Part shown: piece by piece, positions 1 to 12,255 of the stretch
Layout: each line of letters opens with the position of its first letter
Numbering within the stretch: position 1 is the stretch's first letter
Assembly: GCA_951406725.2 (NCBI GenBank)
Contig: OX597838.1
Span: 27,280,001-27,344,000 of the forward strand
Reading direction: 5' to 3'
Length of the DNA stretch: 64,000 nt
Source of the DNA: Octopus vulgaris
Lineage: Eukaryota
Made by a program: the position numbers and the translations under genes
Notes under the pieces: generated by a model
What the model was told of the DNA's origin: nothing
Databases searched by the model: none
Seen by the model: only the letters and a program-made list of their open reading frames with translations

Positions 1-598
1 ATGAACTGAGACAAAGACAGAAATGGCAACGAAAGGGTTAAAGGTGGAATTCCTCTGATGTTATTTCTTCTTTATTTCAAAACAAAAGATAACTATTTGA
101 GAAGCATTTAGAGAAGTAGAATTTTTAAGTTGTTATTGATTAGAGTTAGGGTAGTTAACGAGATAGTTACTTTTATTGTGGCAGACTATTATTGTCTGTT
201 TCTTTTGGAACAAAAGTTAAGAATTCGTGTTTTCAGAATTATTTTCCTTCAGGTTTTCTGCTTTGAAAAATAATAGAGAAGATCATATGCAACCATTTTT
301 TTCAGTAAACAGTTTAGAATTCAAGTGGAAATATGAATGGTTCTTAAGACAATTAGTTAATGAGTATCAGTGGTTCTAAGAATTCTGTTATTTGATTAAC
401 CTCTGTTGGAAATGGAATTGGTGTTCGCACATACACACACACACACACACACAGCACATGTACATTGTAAATAAAATGATTTAAAAGAATTAATTTAAAT
501 ATAATGAATATCAATTTAGTTTGATGAAGAAAATTAGAATTTGTTTGTGAGTTACACAAAGATGAAACTGGTTTAAGTAAAGAACATTGTTGTGAGTA

Positions 599-633
<35 letters not shown>

Positions 634-660
634 GTGTGTGTGTATATATATTTATATATT

Positions 661-795
661 CTTTTAGTCATTTGACTGTGGCCATACTGGAGCACCGCCT
701 TTACTCGGGCAAATCAATCTCAGGACTTATTATTTGTAAGTCTAGTACTTATTCTATCGGGGTCTTTTGCTGAACCGCTAAGTTACAGGGACAAA
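661..795 (-). mobile_element. SINE family A, 3' fragment
   Basis: Matches the 3' part of family A (gtcatttgactgtggccat..ggagcaccgccttt..gaaccgctaagttac) seen in the full copies of this window. Confidence 0.8.
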
Positions 796-1952
796 TGTAT
801 TTTATCATGGCACTGGCCTTAAAAAAGGTTGTCATTTGTCCTAAACCAGACTGTTGAACCCTTTTGCCTCATATTATATGATACCTTGTCTTTTTTCTAC
901 AAAATATTTAGTCCACAATTCATGTTTATCCTGATTTTTTATCATTTTACTCTACTACTCTGTAAGACTCTATTACTCTGTAAGCAGAAATGCAGAAGGT
1001 ATCAGGCCCTCTTCTCATTTGTTAACCACTATACAAAGTGTACTGGTTGCATTTTATTATGGTCCTAGCACTTGAGAGGTTGTTGTGTGTGTAAACAAGA
1101 CTGTTGGGTCCTCTTATCGCCATTCATTTGCCAACCACTGTACAGAGTGTACTGGGTGCAGTTTATTATGACACCAGCTTTAGTGACGTTATCTTCTACC
1201 CTTTAAGACATAGTTTCCACTACTCTTACCAGTGTGTCTGTTTATTCAAAGCAGCCTGATGAAATGGGCGAATAGCAGAGAAAGAGAGGGATAGATAGAT
1301 AGATAGATAGACTGAGAGAGAGCTAGAGAGAGAGAGGGAGAGAGAGAGAGAGTGTGTAATGGCAGAAGGAAGCTCAGGATGAGTAAGTGAAGAGAGCAAA
1401 AGTACGTTGGTTGAAAGTGATAGGGATAGTTCATTATTCATTATCACTACACATTCTGAGGTACCTTATCTTTTTTGCTGTTCATAAAATATTGATGTAG
1501 TTCACAATTTATGTTGACCCTGCTCTTTTATCATTTTAATCTACAATGATATAAGCAGACATGCAGCCTCTCTTTATACACTTATCTCGTATTATCCATT
1601 TATTTGTATATCGAAAGTAGTTCAGCTTAAAACTAGGATGTGAGATGCATCTTTTGTTGCTATTGATATGTGTGTGTGTGTATGTATGTGTGTGGGTGTT
1701 GCAGCAGCACATGCTTTATGTTGGTATGGGTTCCAAGTGGGGGTTCTGCAGGGTAACTAATAAGGAGTAGGTGTTTGCTGTTGGTGATATTTAAGAACTT
1801 CTTTCTTGATAATCTGTGTCAGCAGATTTTGTTTCTGTTTCTTTTTCTTTTACTTTTTGTAAGGTCTGCTGCTGTTTGAATTAAGAATTTTTTCTCTAGA
1901 GAGAAAATGGAAGAATTCATTTCCCTCCTATTATTATTATTATTATTATAAA

Positions 1953-2163
1953 GGTGGTGAGCTGGCAGAATCATTAGCATGCCAGGCAAAATGCTTAGCA
2001 GTATTTCATCTGTCTTTACGCTCCGAGTTCAAATTCCGCTGGGGTTGACTTTGCCTTTCATCCTTTCAAGGTCGATAAACTAAGTACCTGTGAAACACTG
2101 GGGTCGAAGTAATCAACTTTCCCCTCCCCTCAAATTTCATGCCTTGTGCTTTTAGTAGAAAGG
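1953..2163 (+). mobile_element. tRNA-derived SINE family B
   Basis: Head ggtggtgagctggcagaa, B-box-like gagttcaaattcc, core gactttgcctttcatcctttc..gtcgataaa..agtacc, then an (ATT)n tail. Confidence 0.85.
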
Positions 2164-2181
2164 ATTATTATTATTATTATC

Positions 2182-2411
2182 ATTTCTTTATTGCCCACAA
2201 GGGGCTACACACAGAGGGGACAAACAAGGACAGACAAACGGATTAAGCCGATTATATCGATTTCAGTGTGTAACTGGTACTTATTTAATTGACCCTGAAA
2301 GGATAAAAGGCAAAGTTGACCTCGGCGGAATTTGAACTCAGAACGTAACGGCAAACGAAATGCCGCTAAGCATTTCGCCCGGCGTGCTAACGATTCTACC
2401 AGCTTGCCACC
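2182..2411 (-). mobile_element. SINE family B, full length
   Basis: Reverse complement of the family B head and core, with the tccttgtttgtcccctctgtgt..gccccttgtgggc tail. Confidence 0.88.
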
Positions 2412-2440
2412 TTTATTATTATTATTATTATTATTATTAT

Positions 2441-2645
2441 GGCGTTGAGCTGGAAGAATCGTTAGCACACCAAGCAAGACGCTTAGCAGTGTTACATCCG
2501 TCTTTATGTTCAAATTCTGCCGAGGTCGACTTTAACTTTTATCCTTTCGGAGCCGGTAAAGTGAATACTAGTCGAACACTAAGGTCGAGTTAATCGACTT
2601 AGCCCCTCCCCCAAACCTGGTGGCCTTATACCAAAATTTGAAACC
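2441..2645 (+). mobile_element. SINE family B
   Basis: ggcgttgagctggaagaatcgttagc...gccgaggtcgactttaacttttatcctttcgg...ccaaaatttgaaacc. Confidence 0.82.
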
Positions 2646-2856
2646 ATTTTTTTTTCATTATGTTAGTCTTGTTTACATGCAAAGCCCTCCCAACAACACT
2701 CACACATACACATACACACACACCCTCTCTCTCTCACACGCACACACACACACACATTCTTTGTTTTGATCTGTGCTGTTCATGCTGTTTTTCTTTACAT
2801 AAACCCTTGTAGTTAATAAGGAAACAATTATTATTATTATTATTATTATTGTTATT

Positions 2857-3172
2857 GGAGGCAATGACCAAAACTTTTGACCTTACGGAGGCAATGGCCA
2901 ATACCCTTGGTATTCTGTCGTGCTTGAGAAGAAGACCCATCAAGCTGAGCAAAATCGCAGTCATGGCAGATACTGGTGACATGCAAATGGCACCCGTGCC
3001 AGTGGCATGTAAAAACATCCATTACACTCTCAGAGTGGTTGGCATTAGGAAGAGCATCCAGCCATAGAAAACCATGTCAAATCAGACTGGAGCCTGGCAC
3101 AGCCTTCCAGTGTGCCAGCCCAGTCAAACCATCCAACCCATGCCAGCATGGACAACGGATGTTAAATGATGA
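2857..3172 (+). mobile_element. SINE-like family C (probably RTE-related, (GAT)n tail)
   Basis: gagtggttggcattaggaagagcatccagc...ccaacccatgccagcatgga..cggatgttaaatgatgat, shared with other copies in the window. Confidence 0.75.
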
Positions 3173-4789
3173 TTATTGAGGTGGCGAGCTGGCAGAATTG
3201 TTAGCAAGCTGGGAAAATGCTTAGCAGTATTTTGTCTGTCTTTATGATCTGAGTTCAAATTCTGCCAAGGCCATCTTTGTCTTTCATCCTTTAGAGATTA
3301 GTAAAACGAAGTATCAGTTGAATACTGGCGTCAATGAAACCTGACTTCTTCCCCTAAAATTACTGGCTATGTGCCAAAATTTGAAACCCTTATCATCATG
3401 GTAGCAAGCTGGCCACACACACACACACACATTAATGTTTGACTTATGCATAGTGATATTAATAACCTGGTGTAGAAACTAAACATACATATGCTTTAGA
3501 ATAAAGCATTAGTTGAGTACAGAACATAATATCAAATTAAACAAATGACAAAGGAACAGGAATTCATGCAGTGAACTTCATTGGCTTACAGTTGTTTCTG
3601 CTATAAATGCTGTGCACACGGAGCTGAGTGTTTATGCATCACCTTATAGCCTCCCTGGAGCTTGTAAAATGAAATGCAAGCTATTAGGGAATACATTTAT
3701 ATATGTGAAGCTAAAGTTCATTAAAAAATTTCCTGTCCCTTTGTTATCTGTTTACTTTCACACACGTGTACATGCATACATACATGACGGGCTTCCATAC
3801 AGTTTTCATTGTACTGAATTCTCTCACATGGCACTGGTTGCCTGGAGCTTTACTTGAAGATGATTGCTCACAGTGTCAATGCAGTGGGACTGGTTCTGAA
3901 ACTATGTGGTTGCAAAGCCAGCTTCTTAACCACTGTGACCTGAGGGGAATTTGGTGCCTGTTGCCAGCAGGTTGAGCAATTGCATAGAGTATCCTTCGTT
4001 AGGTCAGGCAGTGCATCGAAAATACAGCAATGAACTGTATTTCACTACAGCTCTTGTTCCGGTTAGCTAAACTTGGCCACAGAGAATTAAATAGCTTTAC
4101 CAGAGATGCAGTACCATGGTTGTGGTTGGATGTGAATTGTAAGTTCTTTGTGGACAACAACCATCTTTTTCATGGCTAGCAGCAATTCTCTGGTGATACA
4201 CTTTTGCAATTACAGACCACTTACTGTAAGTTGTTTTAAAGTCAACAAAAGCAATTATTTATTTTGGCAAGACACCATTTATGTATCTAGTCTAACCCAT
4301 GTCATGTAATATGGGTGTTAAATGATAATGGTGATACATGTATGTGTGTATATATGTAGATGTTGGAATAGCTGAATGCTTAAGAAATTTGCTTTGCAAG
4401 TCATGTGCTTTCAGCTACATTCGCATTGCGCAGTACCTTAGGCAAGTGACTTCTGCTGTAGCCTCAGGCCAGCCAATGCCTTGTGAGCAAATTTGATACA
4501 CCCAAACCATACAAAGCCCCTATGTTTTTATGTGTGTGTGAATATATAACGTTCTACTCTGGCATGAAAAATGAACAAGCTTTAGATATTAATATCTTGT
4601 TATTCCCTGTCAGCAAACCATTTGCTAGCTCTGTGCTTTCAAAGACAAGTATGATGAAAGCTCTCTTATTTGAAAAACAGGTTAGGGTTAGCAACGAAAA
4701 GGGCTTCCAGGTGTAAAAAACAGTGCTTCATCAATATGTATTCATCTAACCCATGCTAGCATGGTAAAACATGTAAAAAGGCATATATT

Positions 4790-5335
4790 TTGGCTCTTTA
4801 TGTTCATGGTTCAAATGCCATCAGGGTCAACTTTGCCTTTCATTCTTGCAGGGTTGATAACATAAGTACCAGTTGAACTTTGGAGTCGATACAATTAACT
4901 TGGCCCTCCCCTCAGAATTGCTGGCAGCTGTGTGCCAATATTTGAGCTGGCTGAATTGTTACTGTCTCAGACTAAGTGTTTAGTGGCATTTCTTCCAACT
5001 TCATGTTCTGAGTTCAAATGCTGTCAAAGTCGACTTTGCCTTTCTTCCTTTCAGGGTTGATAAAATAAGCACCAGTTAGGTGCCAGGGTCAAGGTAATTG
5101 ACTCCCACACCTCCCAAATTTCAGGCCTGGAGCCTATAGCAGAAAGGGTTGTTGTTATTAAGACAGTGAAAGGTGCATTTCTTCCTGCTCTTTACATTCT
5201 GATTTCAAATTCTGCCGAGGTCAACTTAGCCTTTCATTCTTTCAGTGTTGATAAAATGAAGTACTGGTCAAGTTCTGTGATTGATGTAATTGACTCTCTC
5301 ATTCTAAGATTGCTGGCCTTGTGCCTAGATTACAA
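4790..5335 (+). mobile_element. three tandem partial family B SINEs
   Basis: The core gttcaaat..actttgcctttc.tt.tt.cagggttgataa.ataagtaccag recurs three times. Confidence 0.7.
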
Positions 5336-5419
5336 AGAATTATTGTTTTTGTAGCTATTTTTATCATCACCATCATCATCATCATCATCATTATTATTAT
5401 TATTCTTTTTTTCTTCCAG

Positions 5420-5482
5420 ACATTGGTTGGATCTTAGTATGGTTACAAGCAGCAAGTTTTAGATTCCTATTAAAACACCAAG
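5420..5482 (+). other. candidate 63-nt spliced micro-exon
   Basis: Acceptor tcttttttttcttccAG and donor AAG|GTAAGA. One frame is open (IGWILVWLQAASFRFLLKHQ, phase 1-1). No transcript evidence. Confidence 0.4.
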
Positions 5483-6939
5483 GTAAGAACTGAACCACTT
5501 ATTCATTCCATTATTTCTCCCCAACTCAGTACTTATCACTTTTCTCTAACCCTGAATTAGAATTATTGAAAAACAGCAATGCTACACAACAACTATTCAA
5601 AATGCTGTAAATAATGAAAATTTTGTTACTTTCAAATTTCCATGTAGGTAAATAATAATAAATGGAATTTTGAGTTCTGCTAGTACTCCATCTGGTGAGA
5701 GATAAATACTATTTAACAGAGGCAATACATGTTTTTATGTGCTACTAATAGTTACATGTGTTGAGAAATATCTCAAACATATCGGGTACAAACAATATGT
5801 CATATGATGTGCTTCGTGCAGTTTCCATCAACCAAATTCACTCACAAGGCTTCAATTGGCCTGAGGCTCTAGTAGAAGATACTTGTCCAAGGTTCCATGC
5901 AGTAGAACTGAACCTGGAACCATGTGGTTGGGAAGCAAACTTCTTACCACATAGCCAATGTCATTTGTTCTTCTACAAAATAGTTAGCTCTGTTTTTGTG
6001 GGGAGATTTGGCTGCTATTTTTACCAAGGTGTTCAACTTCATAGCAGCTCTTTTATTCGCTTAAGTACACTTCAAGTGAAGCTAAAATTTTAAAAGTATT
6101 TTCAAAAGTCTTTTTTACATATTTATATTTATTCATTTTGAGATTTATTTAATTTGTTTGATTCCACAGATTGTGTTAAATATCTAAAACGTTACAGAAA
6201 TGCCTTCTTTTACAAATTGTTTTCTCAACTCCAATTTTTCTCATTTATATGCATAGTTTCGAAAATCCAGATTTGTTTTGTTGACCTGTTGCCGTTTTCA
6301 TATTCCGAAATATTTCGAGAAATTAAAAAACAAAAACAAAGCAAAGAAACTCCCCCCCCCCCCACAAGAAAAACAAAAACAAAACTCAAACTAAACAAGC
6401 ATTATTATCATTTGTTAACATCGCCTTCATCTTTATCACCATCGTCATAACTACTTCCCGCCTTCATCATCGCCGTCATCATCATTAGCTGCCACATCTT
6501 TATAGCAGCTATTTGAAATTTTCCATTTGTTACATTGCTTGTATAACTTTGTAGATTTTGAACTTAAAAAAATAAATAAATAAATAGATAAATAAATAAG
6601 AATAAAACTGTAATAACAAGAGAAAATGTTTGATTCTTTATTGAATAGCTGAATTTTGTTTGTTTAAAAGGAAGAAATGAAGAAACAAGTGTAGAAGAAA
6701 ACACACAAACTTTGCTGTTTTGTTTTTACTCTTATTCTTCTTTGCATGGAAGGATAATAAAGCTGTTTGATTAAACCTCTTTCTTCTTAGATATAATGCA
6801 GAATCTCATTGTTGGTTTGTTTTTTTTTTATTCCATATTCTTCCTCCTCTTCTCTCCATGTTTCTAAAGTCTTTCATTTATTCCTAAATTCTTTGTATAT
6901 TTTGGAAAATTTCCGTTTGTGCAAGCTTTTTGTATTTGT

Positions 6940-7712
6940 ATTGCAATTTGTAATATTATGTCTGTCCATACCAGCCAGTCTGTAATGTTACAATGCAAGC
7001 CAGATTCAGTCTGTAATGCTCTGAGTCCGTGGTGTGTATGAGTCTAGGCCAATATGTTTGGGTGTGTAGAAGAGTCCATGGCAGTTTGCTATGGTAAAGT
7101 TATGACATGGATTCATTGAAATTTATAATTCTCTGAGACAAAAAACAATTTATAATACTGGGTATGTATCAGCAATTTGTCATGCTATGCATGTATGGGT
7201 CTAACTATCCACTTGGTCAGGCAACATTTCTGGACTAATGTAACTCTTCAGCACCAGATGTTCTGATCTTCCTCACCTTGATATCCAGTATCTTCCATAA
7301 GTTGATCCATATTTGCTTTTCTTGGTCTGCTGATATCTGTATCTCCACCCATCTGTATCTCCACTTCATGTTATCAGGAAGGGTGGATTTCCATATAGTT
7401 CTGAGTCTATTTAGGGTTTCTGTGCTTTTGCAGTCCTTACTTGGACATTTTGTAACTTATAGTGATGCAAGTCTAAGGCAATTAGTAATGCTATTTATAT
7501 GTCTATAACAATTTCTATTATGAGTCCATGACAAAATATCCTGCTATGTATGACTCCATAGCAATTTGTAATGCTGTGTATATTTGTTTGGTTGTTTACA
7601 AGGCTATGGATCTGTAGCAAATTCTAAAACTCTGTGTGAGTCTATTGTACTGTATAACACCAGGAGAATCAAAGGGAGTTTTGTAATAGAATACATGAGT
7701 CCATGGTAATCT
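6940..7712. repeat. degenerate ~30-bp satellite, interrupted by an RTE-X remnant
   Basis: Recurring GAGTCCATGGCAATTTGTAATGCTGTGTAT-like units at ~6940-7200 and ~7455-7712. Confidence 0.6.
7205..7452 (-). mobile_element. internally deleted RTE/RTE-X LINE ORF2 3' remnant
   Basis: Minus strand reads NVQVRTAKAQ/LNRLRTIWKSTLPDNMK and, in another frame, SRPRKANMDQLMEDTGY. These resemble the RTE-X post-RT motifs RI.KAW...L..IWKS.L.D..K and GRP...Y.DQL.EDTG. Confidence 0.65.
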
Positions 7713-7803
7713 TTGTCTTTCATAGTTTCCTGACTATTGTTTATCTTCACAACACTGAAAATAAAAATCCTGACATCATCATCATCATCATCAAAATAAT
7801 AAA

Positions 7804-7834
<31 letters not shown>

Positions 7835-8174
7835 CTGTTAGTGCCATCCTCTGGTCTATTATCTCTCAGAAGATTATATTTTGTGTTATCTAATGTTTGC
7901 TGTTGCCAATTGTCATTGATTTCCTGTTTACCAATAATGGAATGTGACTTTCACTTGGAAGAATTTCTTATTTTCTTTTTTTTTTTTGTTTTTTAGTGGT
8001 TTCATTCGTTTGTTTGTTTGCTTGGTTTCTATAAGTAACTTGTTGATTTGGAATCCTTCGAAAAATATGATTGGAAGAAGAAATAAACTCCTGAGAATAT
8101 TCTCGTGCTCTGTTACCGTTTTCTTGTCTTCTAAAAGTTCATTGAATTTTGCTGCAGTGGTGGTGCTGGCAGCG

Positions 8175-8200
8175 CAGAGAGAGAGAGTGAGAAAGAGAGA

Positions 8201-8250
<50 letters not shown>
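8175..8250 (+). repeat. (GA)n microsatellite
   Basis: Polypurine GA tract, seen directly. Confidence 0.95.
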
Positions 8251-8254
<4 letters not shown>

Positions 8255-9394
8255 TTCGTTTGTCTCATGTTATTAAATATATTGGGTTTTTAATATCGAT
8301 TGAGTTTGCTTTAAAAGGACAAGTTTATCACTCTAAATAAACCTTGTTTCAACAAATAAACAAGTTTGTTGTTGTTAATTATTTGTTTCTGGTAATATTC
8401 ACCGAAAACATGTCATTGTTGATAATAATTCAAGTCCATCGATTATTGTTGATCTTGATCTGGGAATTTTGGTTTTACAGTTTTATTTATTAGAATAGAT
8501 TATCTAAAGAATTGTCAGATGTTTTGGTTCTACCGCTGTGCCTTCCTTCCTTTCTTTCATGGTTATATGTTGGCATTGATTGAGATTGAAGTTATACAAC
8601 ACGGGTAGTCTTTTTTACATTGATACAGGGGCCACCGCCAGTCAATGTGTACCATGTATTTGCAGATGTGGGTGCCGGCTTGGGTGTGTGGTTAAGAAGT
8701 TTGCTGCCCAACCATGTGGTTTTGGGTTCAGTCCCACTGTACAGCACCTTGCTTAAGTGTTTCCTACTATAGCCCTGGGACCACCAGCGCCTTGTGAAGA
8801 TACATTGGACAGATACACTGCCGGCTTGATTGGGAACTGATATCCAATTGATTGTTAGTGCAAGACATGTCAACTGAGGAAAGATTTTAACCATTTTGAC
8901 ATTTAACGCAGGGAAGGAAATGTACGGACTCGCATGCTTTTGTTTTGCAATAAGGTTGATCAATAAATATTGATCGTATCTCTCAACTATGGTGGTGGTG
9001 GCTGTCAGTTTTCCGAAGAGTCAAAGAAAATGTTTCCATTGGTTTCTTTTCCCCATTTTGCTGGCACTATCTGTCAGTTGTAATTCTTGACAGAAGTTTC
9101 ACTGTTTCGCAGTGCCAAAGTGGAATTTGAATTTATAATGCACAGAGCTAGAACAGGTACCACACAAGGCATCTTCTCTGATGCCTTAAGTATTTTGTCA
9201 GTCAACTACCCTGGACTGGTATTTTTTAAATGATCCAGAAAGAACAAAAGCAAAGTTGATCTTGGTGAGATTTGAACTCAGAATGCAGAGGGTCAAAATG
9301 AACACTGTGAGTTAGTCTGTCCAATGCTCTAACAACTTTGCTAATCGACTGCTTTAGAAAGTCCTACATTCATTGAGAAAAATGGTTCAAATTC

Positions 9395-9768
9395 CTTTTT
9401 CTTTTACTTGTTTCAGTCATTTGACTGTGGCCATGCTGGAGCACCGCCTTTAGTCGAGCAAATCAACTCCAGGACTTATTCTTTCAGTCTCTTTTGCTGA
9501 ACTGCTAAGTTACGGGGATGTAAACACACCACTATCAGATGTCAAGCAATGTTGGGATGGAGGCAAACACACACACACAAATACACACAAACACATGTAT
9601 ATACATGACAAGTTTATTTCAGTTTCTGTCTACCAAATCCACTCACAAGGCTTTGGTCTGTCCGCGGCTACAGTAAAAGACACTTGCCCAAGGTGCCATG
9701 CAGTGGGACTGAACCTGGAACCATGTGGTTGGTAAGCAAGTTACTTACCACACAGCCACTCCTGTGCC
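9395..9768 (-). mobile_element. SINE family A (tRNA head, CORE-like ACCTTGGGCAAGT), full length
   Basis: Minus strand GGCACAGGAGTGGCTGTGTGGTAAG...GGTTCAGTCCC..GGCACCTTGGGCAAGTG...TGACTGAAACAAGTAAAAG, with a central (CA)/(TA) tract. Confidence 0.9.
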
Positions 9769-10224
9769 TATAGTTAACATTTTTTTTTACAAAATGATTT
9801 GTTAATTAAAAGGAATATTTTAGCTCATTTTTTTCAAATTAATAATTTTAAATTTATTATTATTTAAAAAATAATTTTCATATTTAAAATTAAGAGGAAA
9901 TGATAGGGAAGAGGAAAAGGATTAATTACAGAGGTCATTCAGAAAAAAAAAGGAGACGAATATAGTTGAAAGGTGATCGGATGGGTTGCATAAGGGGTAA
10001 AATAATATATAGTGGAAGTATGGTTTACATATTTACATTCCTTCCTGAAGAATGTTTGTCGCCTGAAATGTTTGTAAATTGAAACTATTTTCCCAAAAGG
10101 AAATTCAAGAGAAGTAAGTGACAGTGAATTTGAGCTGAGCTGTGCACCAAGTGAAAACTAGGCAGCAGCTGATGGCCTTTTGTTGATACTCCCAGCTTGT
10201 CGCCAACTGTCGTTAACAGCTTAC

Positions 10225-10341
10225 ATGTTTGTTACTCGAGACACCATTTGTCATCATACAAGGCATTTTACGAGCCAAATATTTGTTTGTAAACTGATTT
10301 GTTTGCGATGAGAGGGGTTCGTAAACCGAGGTTCTACCGTA
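10225..10341. mobile_element. Tigger/pogo-like transposon right end
   Basis: ggggttcgtaaaccgaggttctaccg|ta resembles a Tigger-type TIR ending at TA. The left TIR was not found. Confidence 0.4.
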
Positions 10342-11079
10342 TATTAAAAGACAGTAAATAAATTCTGTCGTGATAGAATTTGAGCTCCGTTGAGAAGCTT
10401 CGACTTTTGACTCTCTGCTACTCTGTTATCACAAGAAAAAAGAACTTGGCCAAGCATCCTGACTTAACTGACACAGATGCATTATGTTGAAAACTTCAAC
10501 AGATTTTATTTCCTTCTGAAGTTTTTCTTTGGTTGATAATGTGAATCTGATATGACAACTCGTTTTCTAACTTCAATTAAATTCTAATAGTTTATTCAAG
10601 TTTGCACTCATCATTCTCTCCTATTTACCATCTGTCAGGGCGGTTGAATTTAAAACATGATAAATACATCATATTTTGTTGCTGTTGATGGCTCGAAACC
10701 TTTCTACCTCTCTTTCTCATCTCTGAATACTCCAGCTCTCTATGAAGTATAAAATGATTTTCTTTCTTTTTTTTTTTTGATATCTCTTATGTGAAATCGG
10801 ATTTTAAAACCAAGATAAAAAACAATAGTGTGTGGTCCTCAGGTTCATATCTCTTTTATCTGTTTGAGATACTTGCACCTCTCGATACATTTTAACTTAG
10901 ACATCTATCTTTTGTTTGTTGGAACATGTTGCATCGTGTTTGGTGATTTTTTTTTTTTTCTTTTTCTTTTTCTTCAAATACTTTTTGATGCATTGCACAG
11001 TGACTGATTCTCAGCAAGCTACAAGTCTTGGTTTTGCAGTTGATGAAACATTCGGAAACTATTACTATCTCTCCGCTTC

Positions 11080-11121
11080 TATACATACACACACACACAC
11101 ATGCACACACACATATACGTG

Positions 11122-11153
<32 letters not shown>

Positions 11154-11445
11154 CATGCACACACACACACATATACTATATATATACATATATATACACA
11201 CTCACACATACACTATATATATATACACGCACACACACATACACTATATATATATATATTTATATATATATATTTATATGTATAGGGTTTGTGTGTGTAT
11301 GTATGTATGTATGTATATATATATATATATATACATACACACAAACTCTATACATATAAATACACATATATACAAATGTATACACACAAACACACACAAA
11401 TGTATATATATATATATATGCATGCATACGCACACACACACATCT
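11080..11445. repeat. compound (CA)/(TA) microsatellite
   Basis: Seen directly; explains the overlapping low-complexity ORFs. Confidence 0.95.
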
Positions 11446-12024
11446 ATATCTTTGTGTTATGCCTACAGATGCCAATGATTATGGACTATCATGCCAAGAT
11501 TCATGATTTTTCTTGGGAATGGCACAGCAGGGATTTTTTTTTTACTGTTTAATAACACTTCTAGTTTCCTGCTCTCCCGAGCTTACTTTTAACCCTTAAG
11601 CTAGGGCACTAGTTTGGTGTGACATCAGGACGTGTCCACACAATTGTGGGTCTCTGTGACACATGACTAGGTGCCCGCCCTCCTCCAAGTCAAGCATCTT
11701 CTGCTATCTAACTCATGGCTAGCAGTATGAGACATTCTGGCATAGCTGTTAGTAGATGCTGACTTATTTGACATTAGTCATTCTAACGTCTCTGAACCTA
11801 ACAACTCTGTACGAGTTTTCTGTCCAAGAAAAAAGGTTACCTTGGAAAATGCATTCCTAAATACACTGTTGCTGAACAAAGTTTTTCCTGTTCTTGTCTT
11901 GCAAGCTGCATGTTGACCTCACTGGTGCTTGTGGCACAAAGAAAATAAATAAATTAATCAATCAAAAAGATTGCAGCCAAATGACCGAAACAAGTGAAAG
12001 AGTAAAAGAGTAAGCACTATATAT

Positions 12025-12255
12025 GTTTCTTTACTACCCACAAGGAGCTAAACATAGAGGGGACAAACAAGGACAGACAAACGGATTAAGACGATTACAT
12101 CGACCCCAGTTCTTAACTGGTACTTAATTTATCGACCCCGAAAGGATGAAAGGCAAAGTCGACCTCGGCGGAATTTGAACTCAGAACGTAACGGCAGACG
12201 AAATACGGCTACGCATTTCGCCCGGCGTGCTAACAATTCTGCCAGCTCGCTGCCT
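12025..12255 (-). mobile_element. SINE family B, young, with 13-bp TSD
   Basis: CpG-rich full copy flanked by taagcactatata (12011-12023 and 12257-12269). Confidence 0.92.

Noticed and set aside
10034-10052. cctgaagaa...cctgaaatg hammerhead-like motif
   Set aside because: Too degenerate; stem II does not pair.
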